Assembly: GCA_002362065.1 (NCBI GenBank)
Contig: DESX01000013.1
Span: 1,567-65,566, forward strand
DNA: 64,000 nt
DNA from: Solobacterium sp. UBA3303
GTDB lineage: Bacteria > Bacillota_I > Bacilli_A > Erysipelotrichales > Erysipelotrichaceae
Reading direction: 5' to 3'
The notes under the pieces: generated by a model
What the model saw: the letters and a program-made list of their open reading frames with translations, nothing else
Databases searched by the model: none
Told to the model about the DNA's origin: nothing
Shown here: positions 29,228 through 37,424 of the stretch, one piece after another
Numbering within the stretch: position 1 is the stretch's first letter
Layout of the letters: the number at the start of each line of letters is the position of its first letter
Position numbers and translations under genes: made by a program

Positions 29228-29869
29228 ATGAAACACCTGGATCTGAAAGCGTTCTGTATCCGCTTTGCGATCAGCTTTCTTTCTTCATTGATCTCAAGTT
29301 TCGGTATCGGCTGTTACTACAACTGCGGTTTCGGGACCGATCCGATCACGATCTTTGTCGATGGCTTACATGGCCACTACGGATTAAGCTATGGGACGAT
29401 CTCCACATTCTGCAACATCATACAGACCATACTGATCTTTATGTTCATACGAAAATACCTGGGTCCGGGCACTCTGCTGGGCGTCTTGACGGGCGGGCCG
29501 TTCATCGATCTGTTTGAAGGGATGATGCGAAACCTGTTTCCTGCCGATACGACAGCTTTAACTGTCAGGATCGTCATCCTGTTCGTCGGACTGGTAACGA
29601 CCGGTATTGGCTACGGCATGGGGATTGCGGCAGAGATGGGTGTTGGCTGTTTTCAGTTTCTGCCCTTGTTTCTGAGTGAAAAGACGCCGCTGGAATTAAA
29701 GTACACGCAGGTCATCACGGACGCTTTGTTTTTCCTTGCCGGTTATCTGCTGGGCGGGGTGATCGGCATCGGTTCGATCGTTTCAGTCCTGTTTACAGGC
29801 TATTTCCTGGACATCGGCTTGAAGCTGACCTATGGGATGACAAAGGATGTCGGACCGTGGTATAAATGA
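29228..29869 (+). CDS. small polytopic membrane protein (YczE/YyaS/YitT-like)
   Basis: 213 aa with 5-6 TM helices. The ATG directly follows the stop of paralog 3. Family assignment from memory of the N-terminal G..G.DP pattern. Confidence 0.5.
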   Translation: MKHLDLKAFCIRFAISFLSSLISSFGIGCYYNCGFGTDPITIFVDGLHGHYGLSYGTISTFCNIIQTILIFMFIRKYLGPGTLLGVLTGGPFIDLFEGMMRNLFPADTTALTVRIVILFVGLVTTGIGYGMGIAAEMGVGCFQFLPLFLSEKTPLELKYTQVITDALFFLAGYLLGGVIGIGSIVSVLFTGYFLDIGLKLTYGMTKDVGPWYK

Positions 29870-29887
29870 ACGTTCTGTGCATGATTC

Positions 29888-30046
29888 CGGATACCCGTCC
29901 TTGAATTTTGCCATACGGGATCCGCACTTAAAGAAAAACACAGTAAGAACTCCCCATGTTCTGACTGCTTTGTTTCCAGTATGAGCCGACGCATGTATAT
30001 CCGGCCGGTTTATATGGAAGAAACAGCGGAAAGCTTATGGGGAGTT
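29888..30046 (+). other. structured intergenic RNA candidate (two strong helices)
   Basis: Helix 1: cggatacccgt (29888-29898) pairs with acgggatccg (29915-29924), 10 bp with one bulge. Helix 2: aactccccat (29948-29957) pairs with atggggagtt (30037-30046), 10 bp enclosing about 80 nt. Confidence 0.3.
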
Positions 30047-30082
30047 TGTCTTGTATCTGTTTCTTTGACTGCAGCTCATTTC

Positions 30083-30116
30083 ACAGGCACCTTGGAAGAT
30101 GCCTGTTTTATTTTTG
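30083..30116 (+). terminator. intrinsic terminator about 215 nt after the operon's last stop codon
   Basis: acaggca/tgcctgt 7-bp stem with a 10-nt loop, then ttttattttt. Confidence 0.65.
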
Positions 30117-30278
30117 GCTTTTTAAGCGAACCGTAAGAAGAAAGCTACTTGTAACCATCAAAGAAGAGATGGTAATATTGAGATAGAGATGTATATATGA
30201 AAAGCAAAATGTATCCGATATGATAGAGGTCGTTTTTTATGTATGCAGATCCATTTTTTAGGAAAGAAGGAGAAAAAG

Positions 30279-31463
30279 ATGAAGAAATTTCTTACGTTAG
30301 CTCTCGCTGTCCTCCTCACTTTGTGCTTATTTGGCTGCGCAAAGAAGGAAGGCGGAAACGAGGGGAACACTGAACCTGCAGCTGCTGAGGAAGATTACGA
30401 TGTCGTATTCCTCGCTGACTTAGGTTCGATTTATGATGGCGGCTTCAACGAGCATTCATTCTACGGTATCAAGGATTACTGTGAAGAGAATGGTCTGAAG
30501 TACACTTACTTACAGCCAGCAGGCTCCGATGATGCATCCAGAACGACGATCTTCGAACAGGCAGTCAACCAGATGCATGCGGAAGTACTCGTAGCAGTCG
30601 GCTTCTTATGGGATGCTGCACTTTGCCAGGAGATTCCAAACTATCCGGATGTCAAGGTCATCTTCGTCGATGCCGATGACTTGTACAACATCGACTACGA
30701 CTACGATGGTGTCGATGATTCACTTCCTCATCAGGACAACCTGGCTATGATCACATTCGCTGAACAGGATTGCGGTTACATGGCTGGTTACGCTGTTGTC
30801 AAAGACGGTTACAGAAACCTCGCCTTCATGGGCGGTATGGCTGTTCCGGCTGTTGTCAGATTCGGCTATGGCTTCATCGAAGGTGCTGAAGATGCGGCTG
30901 AAGAACTCGGTCTTGCAAAAGGTTCCATCGATATGAAGTACTTCTACACAGGTACATTCGATGCTTCTCCGGATATCGTTACCAGAGCTTCTGAATGGTA
31001 CACCAACGGCACAGAGATCATCTTCTCCTGCGGTGGTACGATCGTCAACTCTGTCATCCAGGCTGCTAAGGATGGCGAAAACAGAAAGATCGTCGGTGTC
31101 GATACCGATGAATACTTCACAAGAGCTGCTGACGGCGCTGAAAACGAACCGATCTTCGTCACTTCTGCTATGAAGGACCTCGAGATCACGATCTACAGAG
31201 CTGTCAAGGCTGCTTACGCCGGTGGTTCTGAATGGAAAGCTTACACTGATGCCGGTCTGATCCGCTTAGGTGCTAAGGAAGACGGCGCGATCTTGGCTCC
31301 ATACAGAGCTGAAAACTGGAATACATTCACAGAGGATGATTACAACGCTGTCAAACAGCAGGTCATCGCTGTTCATGACACTCTGCCGACGGAAGTTGAC
31401 GGTGTCAACGGTGCTCCGGTTGATGGTTACGAATACGTCAACGTTACTTATTTCGAGCAGTAA
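30279..31463 (+). CDS. BMP-family ABC substrate-binding lipoprotein (nucleoside-binding type)
   Basis: Signal peptide with lipobox LFGC (MKKFLTLALAVLLTLCLFGC). SD aaggaga. PnrA/Med/BmpA-like body. The ORF-track start at 30243 was rejected in favour of the ATG at 30279. Confidence 0.88.
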   Translation: MKKFLTLALAVLLTLCLFGCAKKEGGNEGNTEPAAAEEDYDVVFLADLGSIYDGGFNEHSFYGIKDYCEENGLKYTYLQPAGSDDASRTTIFEQAVNQMHAEVLVAVGFLWDAALCQEIPNYPDVKVIFVDADDLYNIDYDYDGVDDSLPHQDNLAMITFAEQDCGYMAGYAVVKDGYRNLAFMGGMAVPAVVRFGYGFIEGAEDAAEELGLAKGSIDMKYFYTGTFDASPDIVTRASEWYTNGTEIIFSCGGTIVNSVIQAAKDGENRKIVGVDTDEYFTRAADGAENEPIFVTSAMKDLEITIYRAVKAAYAGGSEWKAYTDAGLIRLGAKEDGAILAPYRAENWNTFTEDDYNAVKQQVIAVHDTLPTEVDGVNGAPVDGYEYVNVTYFEQ

Positions 31464-31487
31464 TTTAATCGATCTGATGATATAAAA

Positions 31488-31511
31488 GAGAGGTGCTGCA
31501 AGGCACCTCTC
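31488..31511 (+). promoter_or_regulatory. intercistronic stem-loop after the binding-protein gene
   Basis: gagaggtgc/gcacctctc 9-bp stem with only a weak T tract. This is typical of partial termination or mRNA stabilisation that raises binding-protein expression over the membrane components. Confidence 0.45.
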
Positions 31512-31538
31512 TTCGCCTTTATTTGTGAAAGGATAGAT

Positions 31539-33077
31539 ATGGAAAACACGGAAAATATCATTGAATTCCGTCACATAACAAAGAGGTTCCCGGGCATCAT
31601 CGCCTGCAATGATATCTCACTGGATATCCGCAAAGGAGAGATCCACGCCTTGCTTGGTGAAAACGGCGCGGGAAAATCCACGCTGATGAGCGTCCTTTTT
31701 GGTATGTATACGCCTGAAGAAGGCACGATAGCGATCAGGGGGAAAGAAGTAAAGATCACCAATCCGCGCGTCGCTACGGAACTGGGTATCGGTATGGTGC
31801 ATCAGCATTTCAAACTGGTTCAGAATTACACAGTCTTACAGAATATCATTTTAGGCAGTGAGACCCTCAAAGGACCGTTCCTTGATATGGACAGCTGCCG
31901 CAAGAAGGTCGTAGAGCTCTCGGAAAAGTACGGGCTGGCGATCGATCCGGATGCCCTCATTGAAAACATCACGGTCGGTCAGCAGCAGCGCTGCGAGATC
32001 TTAAAGATGCTGTATCGAGAAGCTGAGATACTGATCTTTGATGAACCTACGGCTGTTTTGACTCCGCAAGAGATCGATGAACTTATGGAGATCATGAAGG
32101 GACTGGCCAAGGAAGGCCATACGATCCTGTTCATCTCCCATAAACTCGAAGAAATAAAAAGAGTATCTGACAGGGTCACAGTCTTAAGAAGAGGCAAACT
32201 GATCAAGACCCTGGATGCGGCTTCAACGACGACCACCCAGATGGGCGAACTGATGGTAGGAAGGGAAGTCTCCTTCCACGTCGACAAGAAGCCGGCAGAT
32301 CCGAAAGAAGAAGTACTCAAAGTCGAACATCTGACGATGATCAACGATGAGACCAAGAAGAAAGTCGTCAATGACGTCTCCTTCTCCGTAAGAAAAGGAG
32401 AGATCCTCGCGATCGCGGGAATCGACGGCAACGGACAAAGTGAGCTGATCTACGGTCTGACCGGCATCATGCCGATCAATGAAGGAAAGATCACCATCAA
32501 CGGCGTGGATTATACGAAGAAATCCATCCGTGAACGAAACCTGATCATGTCCCACATTCCGGAAGACAGACACAAGTATGGTCTGATCCTCGATTATCCT
32601 TTGTCCTACAACCTGGCTTTGAAGAATTACTTCAAACCGGATTTCGTATCCAAAACAGGCTTTTTGAAATTCAATAAATTTGACACTTACGCCGATGAAC
32701 TGATCGACCGTTTCGATATCCGTTCCGGTCAGGGCAAGGACACGATGGCCAGATCGATGTCCGGCGGCAACCAGCAGAAAGCGATCGTCGCCAGAGAGAT
32801 CGACCAGAATTCCGATGTCTTAGTGGCCGTACAGCCGACCAGAGGTCTGGATGTCGGTGCGATCGAATTCATTCACAAGCAGCTGGTCGAACAAAGAGAC
32901 AAGGGCAAGGCAGTCTTACTGATGTCGTTTGAACTCGATGAAGTCATGGACGTCGCGGACCGTGTGATCGTCATGTTTGAAGGCGAGATCATGGGCAACC
33001 TCGATCCGAAGAAAGTCTCTGTCGAAGAGATGGGCTTGTACATGGCCGGTGTCAAAAGAGAGGAGAAAGCACAATGA
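31539..33077 (+). CDS. ABC transporter ATP-binding protein, duplicated NBD (sugar/nucleoside CUT2 type)
   Basis: 512 aa. NBD1 has GENGAGKST, VGQQQRCE and ILIFDEP. NBD2 has GIDGNGQSE and MSGGNQQK. Confidence 0.93.
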   Translation: MENTENIIEFRHITKRFPGIIACNDISLDIRKGEIHALLGENGAGKSTLMSVLFGMYTPEEGTIAIRGKEVKITNPRVATELGIGMVHQHFKLVQNYTVLQNIILGSETLKGPFLDMDSCRKKVVELSEKYGLAIDPDALIENITVGQQQRCEILKMLYREAEILIFDEPTAVLTPQEIDELMEIMKGLAKEGHTILFISHKLEEIKRVSDRVTVLRRGKLIKTLDAASTTTTQMGELMVGREVSFHVDKKPADPKEEVLKVEHLTMINDETKKKVVNDVSFSVRKGEILAIAGIDGNGQSELIYGLTGIMPINEGKITINGVDYTKKSIRERNLIMSHIPEDRHKYGLILDYPLSYNLALKNYFKPDFVSKTGFLKFNKFDTYADELIDRFDIRSGQGKDTMARSMSGGNQQKAIVAREIDQNSDVLVAVQPTRGLDVGAIEFIHKQLVEQRDKGKAVLLMSFELDEVMDVADRVIVMFEGEIMGNLDPKKVSVEEMGLYMAGVKREEKAQ

Positions 33078-34198
33078 GCGTGAAGACGAAAAAGAAATTT
33101 GAGATCGCCAATTACACAGGCTTGTTGTCCTCTTTGATCGCCATCGTCGGCGGTCTGATCATTGCCTTCATAGTACTGATGGCGACCAATCCTTCCAAGG
33201 GCTTATCTGCCTTCGTCACGCTGATCACCGGCGGTTTCCAGCTTGGCGGCATGAAAAACCTTGGAACCCTGTTCTACTTTGCGACCCCGATCCTTTGTAC
33301 CGGCGTTGCGATGTGTCTGGCTTTCCAGGCCGGTATCTTCAATATCGGCGGACCTGGCCAGTATTCGGTCGGTGCTCTTGCAGCGATCTTAACATCTTTG
33401 TATTTTTCCAAGAACCTTCCGGCACCTTTGACCTGGATCGTACCGCTGATCGTTGCGACGTTCGCCGGTGCGGCCTGGGCATTCATTCCGGGCGTTTTAA
33501 AGGCATACTTCAACGTCAACGTGGTCATCGGTACCATCATGTTCAACTACATCGAAATGTACTACATGATGCACTGGATCAATGACTACTGCTACGATGC
33601 AATGAAAGGCCAGACCAGGGCCATCCCGGCGCAGTGCCGTCTGCCGCAGGCATTCATGCCTGCCATCACGCAGAACAAGACGGCAGATATCGGAATTTTG
33701 ATCGCGATCTTGTTTGCAGTACTTGCCTGGGTATTGATCGAGAAGACGAAACTCGGCTATGAACTGAAAGCCTGCGGCAAGAATGCCGAAGCTTCCCGCT
33801 ATGCCGGCATCCGTTCCAAGAGGAACATCATGATCTCGATCTTGCTGTCCGGTGCGCTTTGCGGCCTGGGCGGTGGTCTGACACACTTATCAGCTTCCGG
33901 AACCTACATCACGATGAAGGAACAGCTGGCGGCAGAAGGCTTCAATGGTATCGCAGTATGCTGTCTTGCCAACAACAATCCGCTCGGTGCGATCCTTGGT
34001 GCTTTGTTCCTTGCGTTCCTGACGGTCGGCGGCAACTACATGCAGATCTTCGGTTTCCAGAGAGAGATCGTTTCAGTTATCACATCCGTTATCATTTACT
34101 TCGCTGCATTCTCTTTGTTCCTGAAGCAGATCCTTGAGAGGCTTCTGATGAAACAGAAGACGCAGATCAATAAGGTCACGGGAGAGGAGCTCAAATAG
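33074..34198 (+). CDS. ABC transporter permease (BPD_transp_2 type)
   Basis: 374 aa, about 10 TM helices, ATGA overlap with the ATPase gene. Confidence 0.88.
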   Translation: MSVKTKKKFEIANYTGLLSSLIAIVGGLIIAFIVLMATNPSKGLSAFVTLITGGFQLGGMKNLGTLFYFATPILCTGVAMCLAFQAGIFNIGGPGQYSVGALAAILTSLYFSKNLPAPLTWIVPLIVATFAGAAWAFIPGVLKAYFNVNVVIGTIMFNYIEMYYMMHWINDYCYDAMKGQTRAIPAQCRLPQAFMPAITQNKTADIGILIAILFAVLAWVLIEKTKLGYELKACGKNAEASRYAGIRSKRNIMISILLSGALCGLGGGLTHLSASGTYITMKEQLAAEGFNGIAVCCLANNNPLGAILGALFLAFLTVGGNYMQIFGFQREIVSVITSVIIYFAAFSLFLKQILERLLMKQKTQINKVTGEELK

Positions 34199-34199
34199 T

Positions 34200-35156
34200 A
34201 TGGAAATGTTCTACTTTATCGCACGATATTTCATGTATTTCTTCATTCCGCTCCTGGTCGTCTCCATCAGCGGCATGTTCTCCGAGCGAAGCGGTGTCAT
34301 CCATATGGGTCTGGATTCCGTCATGGTCTGGTCCTGTATGTGGGGCGTCCTCTGTCTGCAATGGCTCGATGGCGTTGTAGCCGGTCAGCTGAGACTGATC
34401 ATCGCATTGCTGTTTGCCGGTGTCATGGGTGTCCTGCTGACGCTGTTATTGGCGTTTGCGGCCATCAACCTGAACGCCGATCAGACGATCGTCGGCATGG
34501 CGATGAATACCTTTGCGCCAGCCTTCTGTATCTTCTTTGCCAGAGTACTGCAGAATGGTTCGGAACATTTGTCGATCCGCAATGACTTCCTGATCGAAAG
34601 GATACCTGTCCTTGCCGATATACCAATCATCGGTCCGATGTTCTTTACAAGGACCTACATCACCAACTTCATCGGTATTGCGATCTTCATCATTTCGGCG
34701 ATCATCCTCAACAAGACCAGATTCGGTTTGAGAATGTGCGCGTGTGGTGAAAACCCGCAGGCAGCCGAATCCTTGGGTGTCAACGTACAGAAGTACAGAT
34801 ATGCCGCTTTGATCATCGCCGGCTTCATCGGCGGTATGGGCGGTCTGATGTACATCCTGCCGGTTGCGACCCACTACTCGCAGACCGTCGGCGGTTACGG
34901 TTATCTGGCAATGTCGGTTCTGATCTTTGGTCAGTGGCGTTCGATCCCGTTACTTGGTGCGGCAGCGTTCTTTGCTTTCTGCAAGACCATCGCCAACGCC
35001 TATTCCGGTATCCCGCTTTTAAACAACCTGGGTCTTCCGGCTGCGTTCTACAAGAGCCTTCCGTTCATCATCACTTTGATCGCTCTGGCGATCACGTCAA
35101 AGCACGACCACGCGCCAAAGGCGTCCGGTCAGCCTTACGACAAGTCGATGCGTTAA
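34200..35156 (+). CDS. ABC transporter permease (BPD_transp_2 type)
   Basis: 318 aa, polytopic, starts 1 nt after the upstream stop. Confidence 0.88.
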   Translation: MEMFYFIARYFMYFFIPLLVVSISGMFSERSGVIHMGLDSVMVWSCMWGVLCLQWLDGVVAGQLRLIIALLFAGVMGVLLTLLLAFAAINLNADQTIVGMAMNTFAPAFCIFFARVLQNGSEHLSIRNDFLIERIPVLADIPIIGPMFFTRTYITNFIGIAIFIISAIILNKTRFGLRMCACGENPQAAESLGVNVQKYRYAALIIAGFIGGMGGLMYILPVATHYSQTVGGYGYLAMSVLIFGQWRSIPLLGAAAFFAFCKTIANAYSGIPLLNNLGLPAAFYKSLPFIITLIALAITSKHDHAPKASGQPYDKSMR

Positions 35157-35172
35157 TATCTGTCCTTATAAG

Positions 35173-35203
35173 TTCAGCCGGAGCGAATCCGGCTGAATTT
35201 TTT
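35173..35203 (+). terminator. intrinsic terminator after nucleoside ABC operon
   Basis: ttcagccgga/tccggctgaa 10-bp stem, 5-nt loop, tttttt. Confidence 0.8.
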
Positions 35204-35225
35204 GTTTGTGATATCATCATATCAG

Positions 35226-36044
35226 GTGAAAAAGTTTATTCTTTGTCTCATCATACTGGCTCTTTCCTTCCTCTTCTTTTTTCAGAAGCGGGCTTTTGTA
35301 CATGGGCCAGCCATCTTTTCCTGGCATGACGATGTACTGGATGAGAAAAAGGAAGTCCTTTTTTCCTTAATGAAGGACTACGGACTAAAGGAAGTTTATC
35401 AGTATTTTTCTTCCGGTCTGGAAAATGAAGAGATCCTCTCCTTTATCGAAGAATGCAAAAACAATCAGATCAGAGTCTTTGCTCTGCTGGGAGAGGCAAA
35501 CTGGGCCTTGCAGGAGGACGGGGCTTCTTTGATCAGGGCCATGGAGAGATTTGATGAACTTGAAATCGATGGCTTTGTGATCGATATCGAACCGCATCTG
35601 TTAAAGGATTTCAAGGAAGATGATCAAAGGATCATGGACTGCTTTGCATCCTGTCTGGAAAAGGGGAGAACTTATGCGAAAGAAAAAAACAAGGAATTCA
35701 TCGTCTGTCTTCCATACCATTTTGACCGCTACGAACAGCTTGAAAAGATCATCGATAAAGGCCTTGATACACTGGCGATCATGAATTATTACCGCAGGGA
35801 TGAGATCGCACATCTCGAAACGGAAGCATCCTTGTGTAAGAAATATAACAAGACTCTGATCACGATCTATGAGTTTCAGAAGGCCGGTACTTATGGGCTG
35901 GAAGAGATCAATACGTACCATATGGAAGGATTTGAATCTTTAAGAAGAAGCTATGAATTGATGCGCTTGCATTATAATAAAAATAGTTTTAATTTCGCGA
36001 TCCACGAGTTTGAATCGTTCAAAGAAGCTGAAGCATATGAATGA
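35226..36044 (+). CDS. membrane-anchored hypothetical protein with GH18-like DGxxxDxE motif
   Basis: N-terminal TM (KKFILCLIILALSFLFFF). DGFVIDIE at 35568-35591. Alternating pattern compatible with a TIM barrel. Start uncertain: GTG 35226 chosen, since TTG 35202 lies inside the terminator T-run. Confidence 0.45.
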   Translation: MKKFILCLIILALSFLFFFQKRAFVHGPAIFSWHDDVLDEKKEVLFSLMKDYGLKEVYQYFSSGLENEEILSFIEECKNNQIRVFALLGEANWALQEDGASLIRAMERFDELEIDGFVIDIEPHLLKDFKEDDQRIMDCFASCLEKGRTYAKEKNKEFIVCLPYHFDRYEQLEKIIDKGLDTLAIMNYYRRDEIAHLETEASLCKKYNKTLITIYEFQKAGTYGLEEINTYHMEGFESLRRSYELMRLHYNKNSFNFAIHEFESFKEAEAYE

Positions 36045-36732
36045 GGTATCCAGGCAGGAAAGAAAGTTTCTGATCACATTGGATCAGTATTATCGTTTTA
36101 AGGCGGATCTTGACAAGATCATGATCCCTGACGAACACAATCAGACGGATGGCTATTCGATCCGTTCTCTTTATTATGATTCCATCGATGACCGGGACTT
36201 CGAAGAAAAGGAAGAGGGCATCGAGCTAAGACGAAAGATCCGTTTAAGGAACTATGGTCCGGATACACCGTTTGCTCTGCTGGAGATGAAGCAGAAGGAA
36301 GGCTCCAACCAGAAGAAGCGTTCCCTTCGCTTGAGCAAAGAGGATGCATCGCTTTTATGCAAGGGCATCTATTCTCCGCTTTTGACAAGTGATGAGAAGT
36401 TTGGTCTTGAATGTTATGCATTAATGAATATGCACTGCTACCGGCCAAAGGCGATCGTGGAATACAAGCGTCAGGCATATATTGCCAAGGAAAACAGGAT
36501 CAGGGTGACCTTTGACCATCACATCATCGGCACGGAATCCAATTACGATGTCTTCGATGCGGATCTGCAGCAGTTTCCTCTGCTGGACCCGTATCTTGTG
36601 GTCATGGAAGTCAAATACAATGGCTTTTTGTTAAGCTATATCAAAGATATGTTAAGACAATGTGATCGAAGTGAACTGTCGGTAGGCAAATATGCCTTAT
36701 CGCGGACTTTGAGCAAGCATTTCAATTTTTAA
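36037..36732 (+). CDS. VTC-domain (polyphosphate polymerase / triphosphate-tunnel, CYTH-like) protein
   Basis: About 231 aa with no TM. Alternating charged beta-strand motifs ERKFLI, IRSLYYDS, RKIRLRNY, LEMKQKEG, RVTFD and VMEVKY are typical of tunnel metalloenzymes. ATG 36037 overlaps the upstream stop by 8 nt. Confidence 0.7.
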   Translation: MNEVSRQERKFLITLDQYYRFKADLDKIMIPDEHNQTDGYSIRSLYYDSIDDRDFEEKEEGIELRRKIRLRNYGPDTPFALLEMKQKEGSNQKKRSLRLSKEDASLLCKGIYSPLLTSDEKFGLECYALMNMHCYRPKAIVEYKRQAYIAKENRIRVTFDHHIIGTESNYDVFDADLQQFPLLDPYLVVMEVKYNGFLLSYIKDMLRQCDRSELSVGKYALSRTLSKHFNF

Positions 36733-36743
36733 GGGGAAAGAGA

Positions 36744-37421
36744 ATGAGTACATTTATTTCGGAACTGATCAATGAAAGCGGCGTACTGACTTTGCAGGAG
36801 ATCGTGATGCATATCACTGCCTCAGCGATCTTAGGCTTTATCGTCTACCTGTCCTACTGGTATACCCATGCGGGAACCGCCTATTCCAAGAAATTCAACG
36901 TTTCCTTGCTGACACTGGCGATCCTGACCGGCACAGTCATGACCGTCATCGGCAACAACATCGTCCTTTCTTTAGGTATGGTCGGTGCACTTTCCATCGT
37001 ACGTTTCCGTACAGCGATCAAGGATTCAAGAGATACGACCTACATCTTCTGGGCGATCATCATCGGTATCTGCTGCGGTGTCGGTGACTACGTCGTTGCC
37101 GGTATCGGCTCAGCCGTGACGTTTATCATCCTGCTGCTGCTTGGAAGAGTACGCAATGAAAACAGGATCTTACTGATCATCCGTGCCTCCAAGGCAGACA
37201 GCTCCAAGATCGAAGAACTGGTCTTTTCCTATTTTGACAAGAGGGCACTACTTAGAGTCCGCAATACAACAAGAGATCATGTCGAGCTGATCTATGAAAT
37301 GCCTCGCAGCATCTGGCAGCTCAACTATAAGAAAGATACCGATATCGCTGACGCTTTATACGCTCTTGAAGGCGTGGAATACGTCAATACCGTCACACAG
37401 TCTGATGAGATAACGGGGTAA
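36744..37421 (+). CDS. DUF4956 integral membrane protein
   Basis: 225 aa, about 4 TM helices, with conserved LSIVRFRTAIKDSRDTTYIFWAIIIGICCGVG, then a soluble C-terminal domain of about 90 aa. Confidence 0.7.
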   Translation: MSTFISELINESGVLTLQEIVMHITASAILGFIVYLSYWYTHAGTAYSKKFNVSLLTLAILTGTVMTVIGNNIVLSLGMVGALSIVRFRTAIKDSRDTTYIFWAIIIGICCGVGDYVVAGIGSAVTFIILLLLGRVRNENRILLIIRASKADSSKIEELVFSYFDKRALLRVRNTTRDHVELIYEMPRSIWQLNYKKDTDIADALYALEGVEYVNTVTQSDEITG

Positions 37422-37424
37422 GCG

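Noticed and set aside
29981-30136. 51-codon ORF (MSRRMYIRPVYMEETAESLWGVCLVSV...) inside the structured intergenic region.
   Set aside because: It has no Shine-Dalgarno sequence and runs straight through the terminator hairpin. The composition is unremarkable. The region is better explained as RNA structure.
30117-30278. Looked for a purine or 2'-dG riboswitch upstream of the nucleoside ABC importer.
   Set aside because: I could not find the conserved purine-riboswitch core (UAUA...GGAUAUGG...UUUCUACC...CCGUAAA...GACUA pattern) here or in 29870-30116. A covariance-model scan is still advisable.
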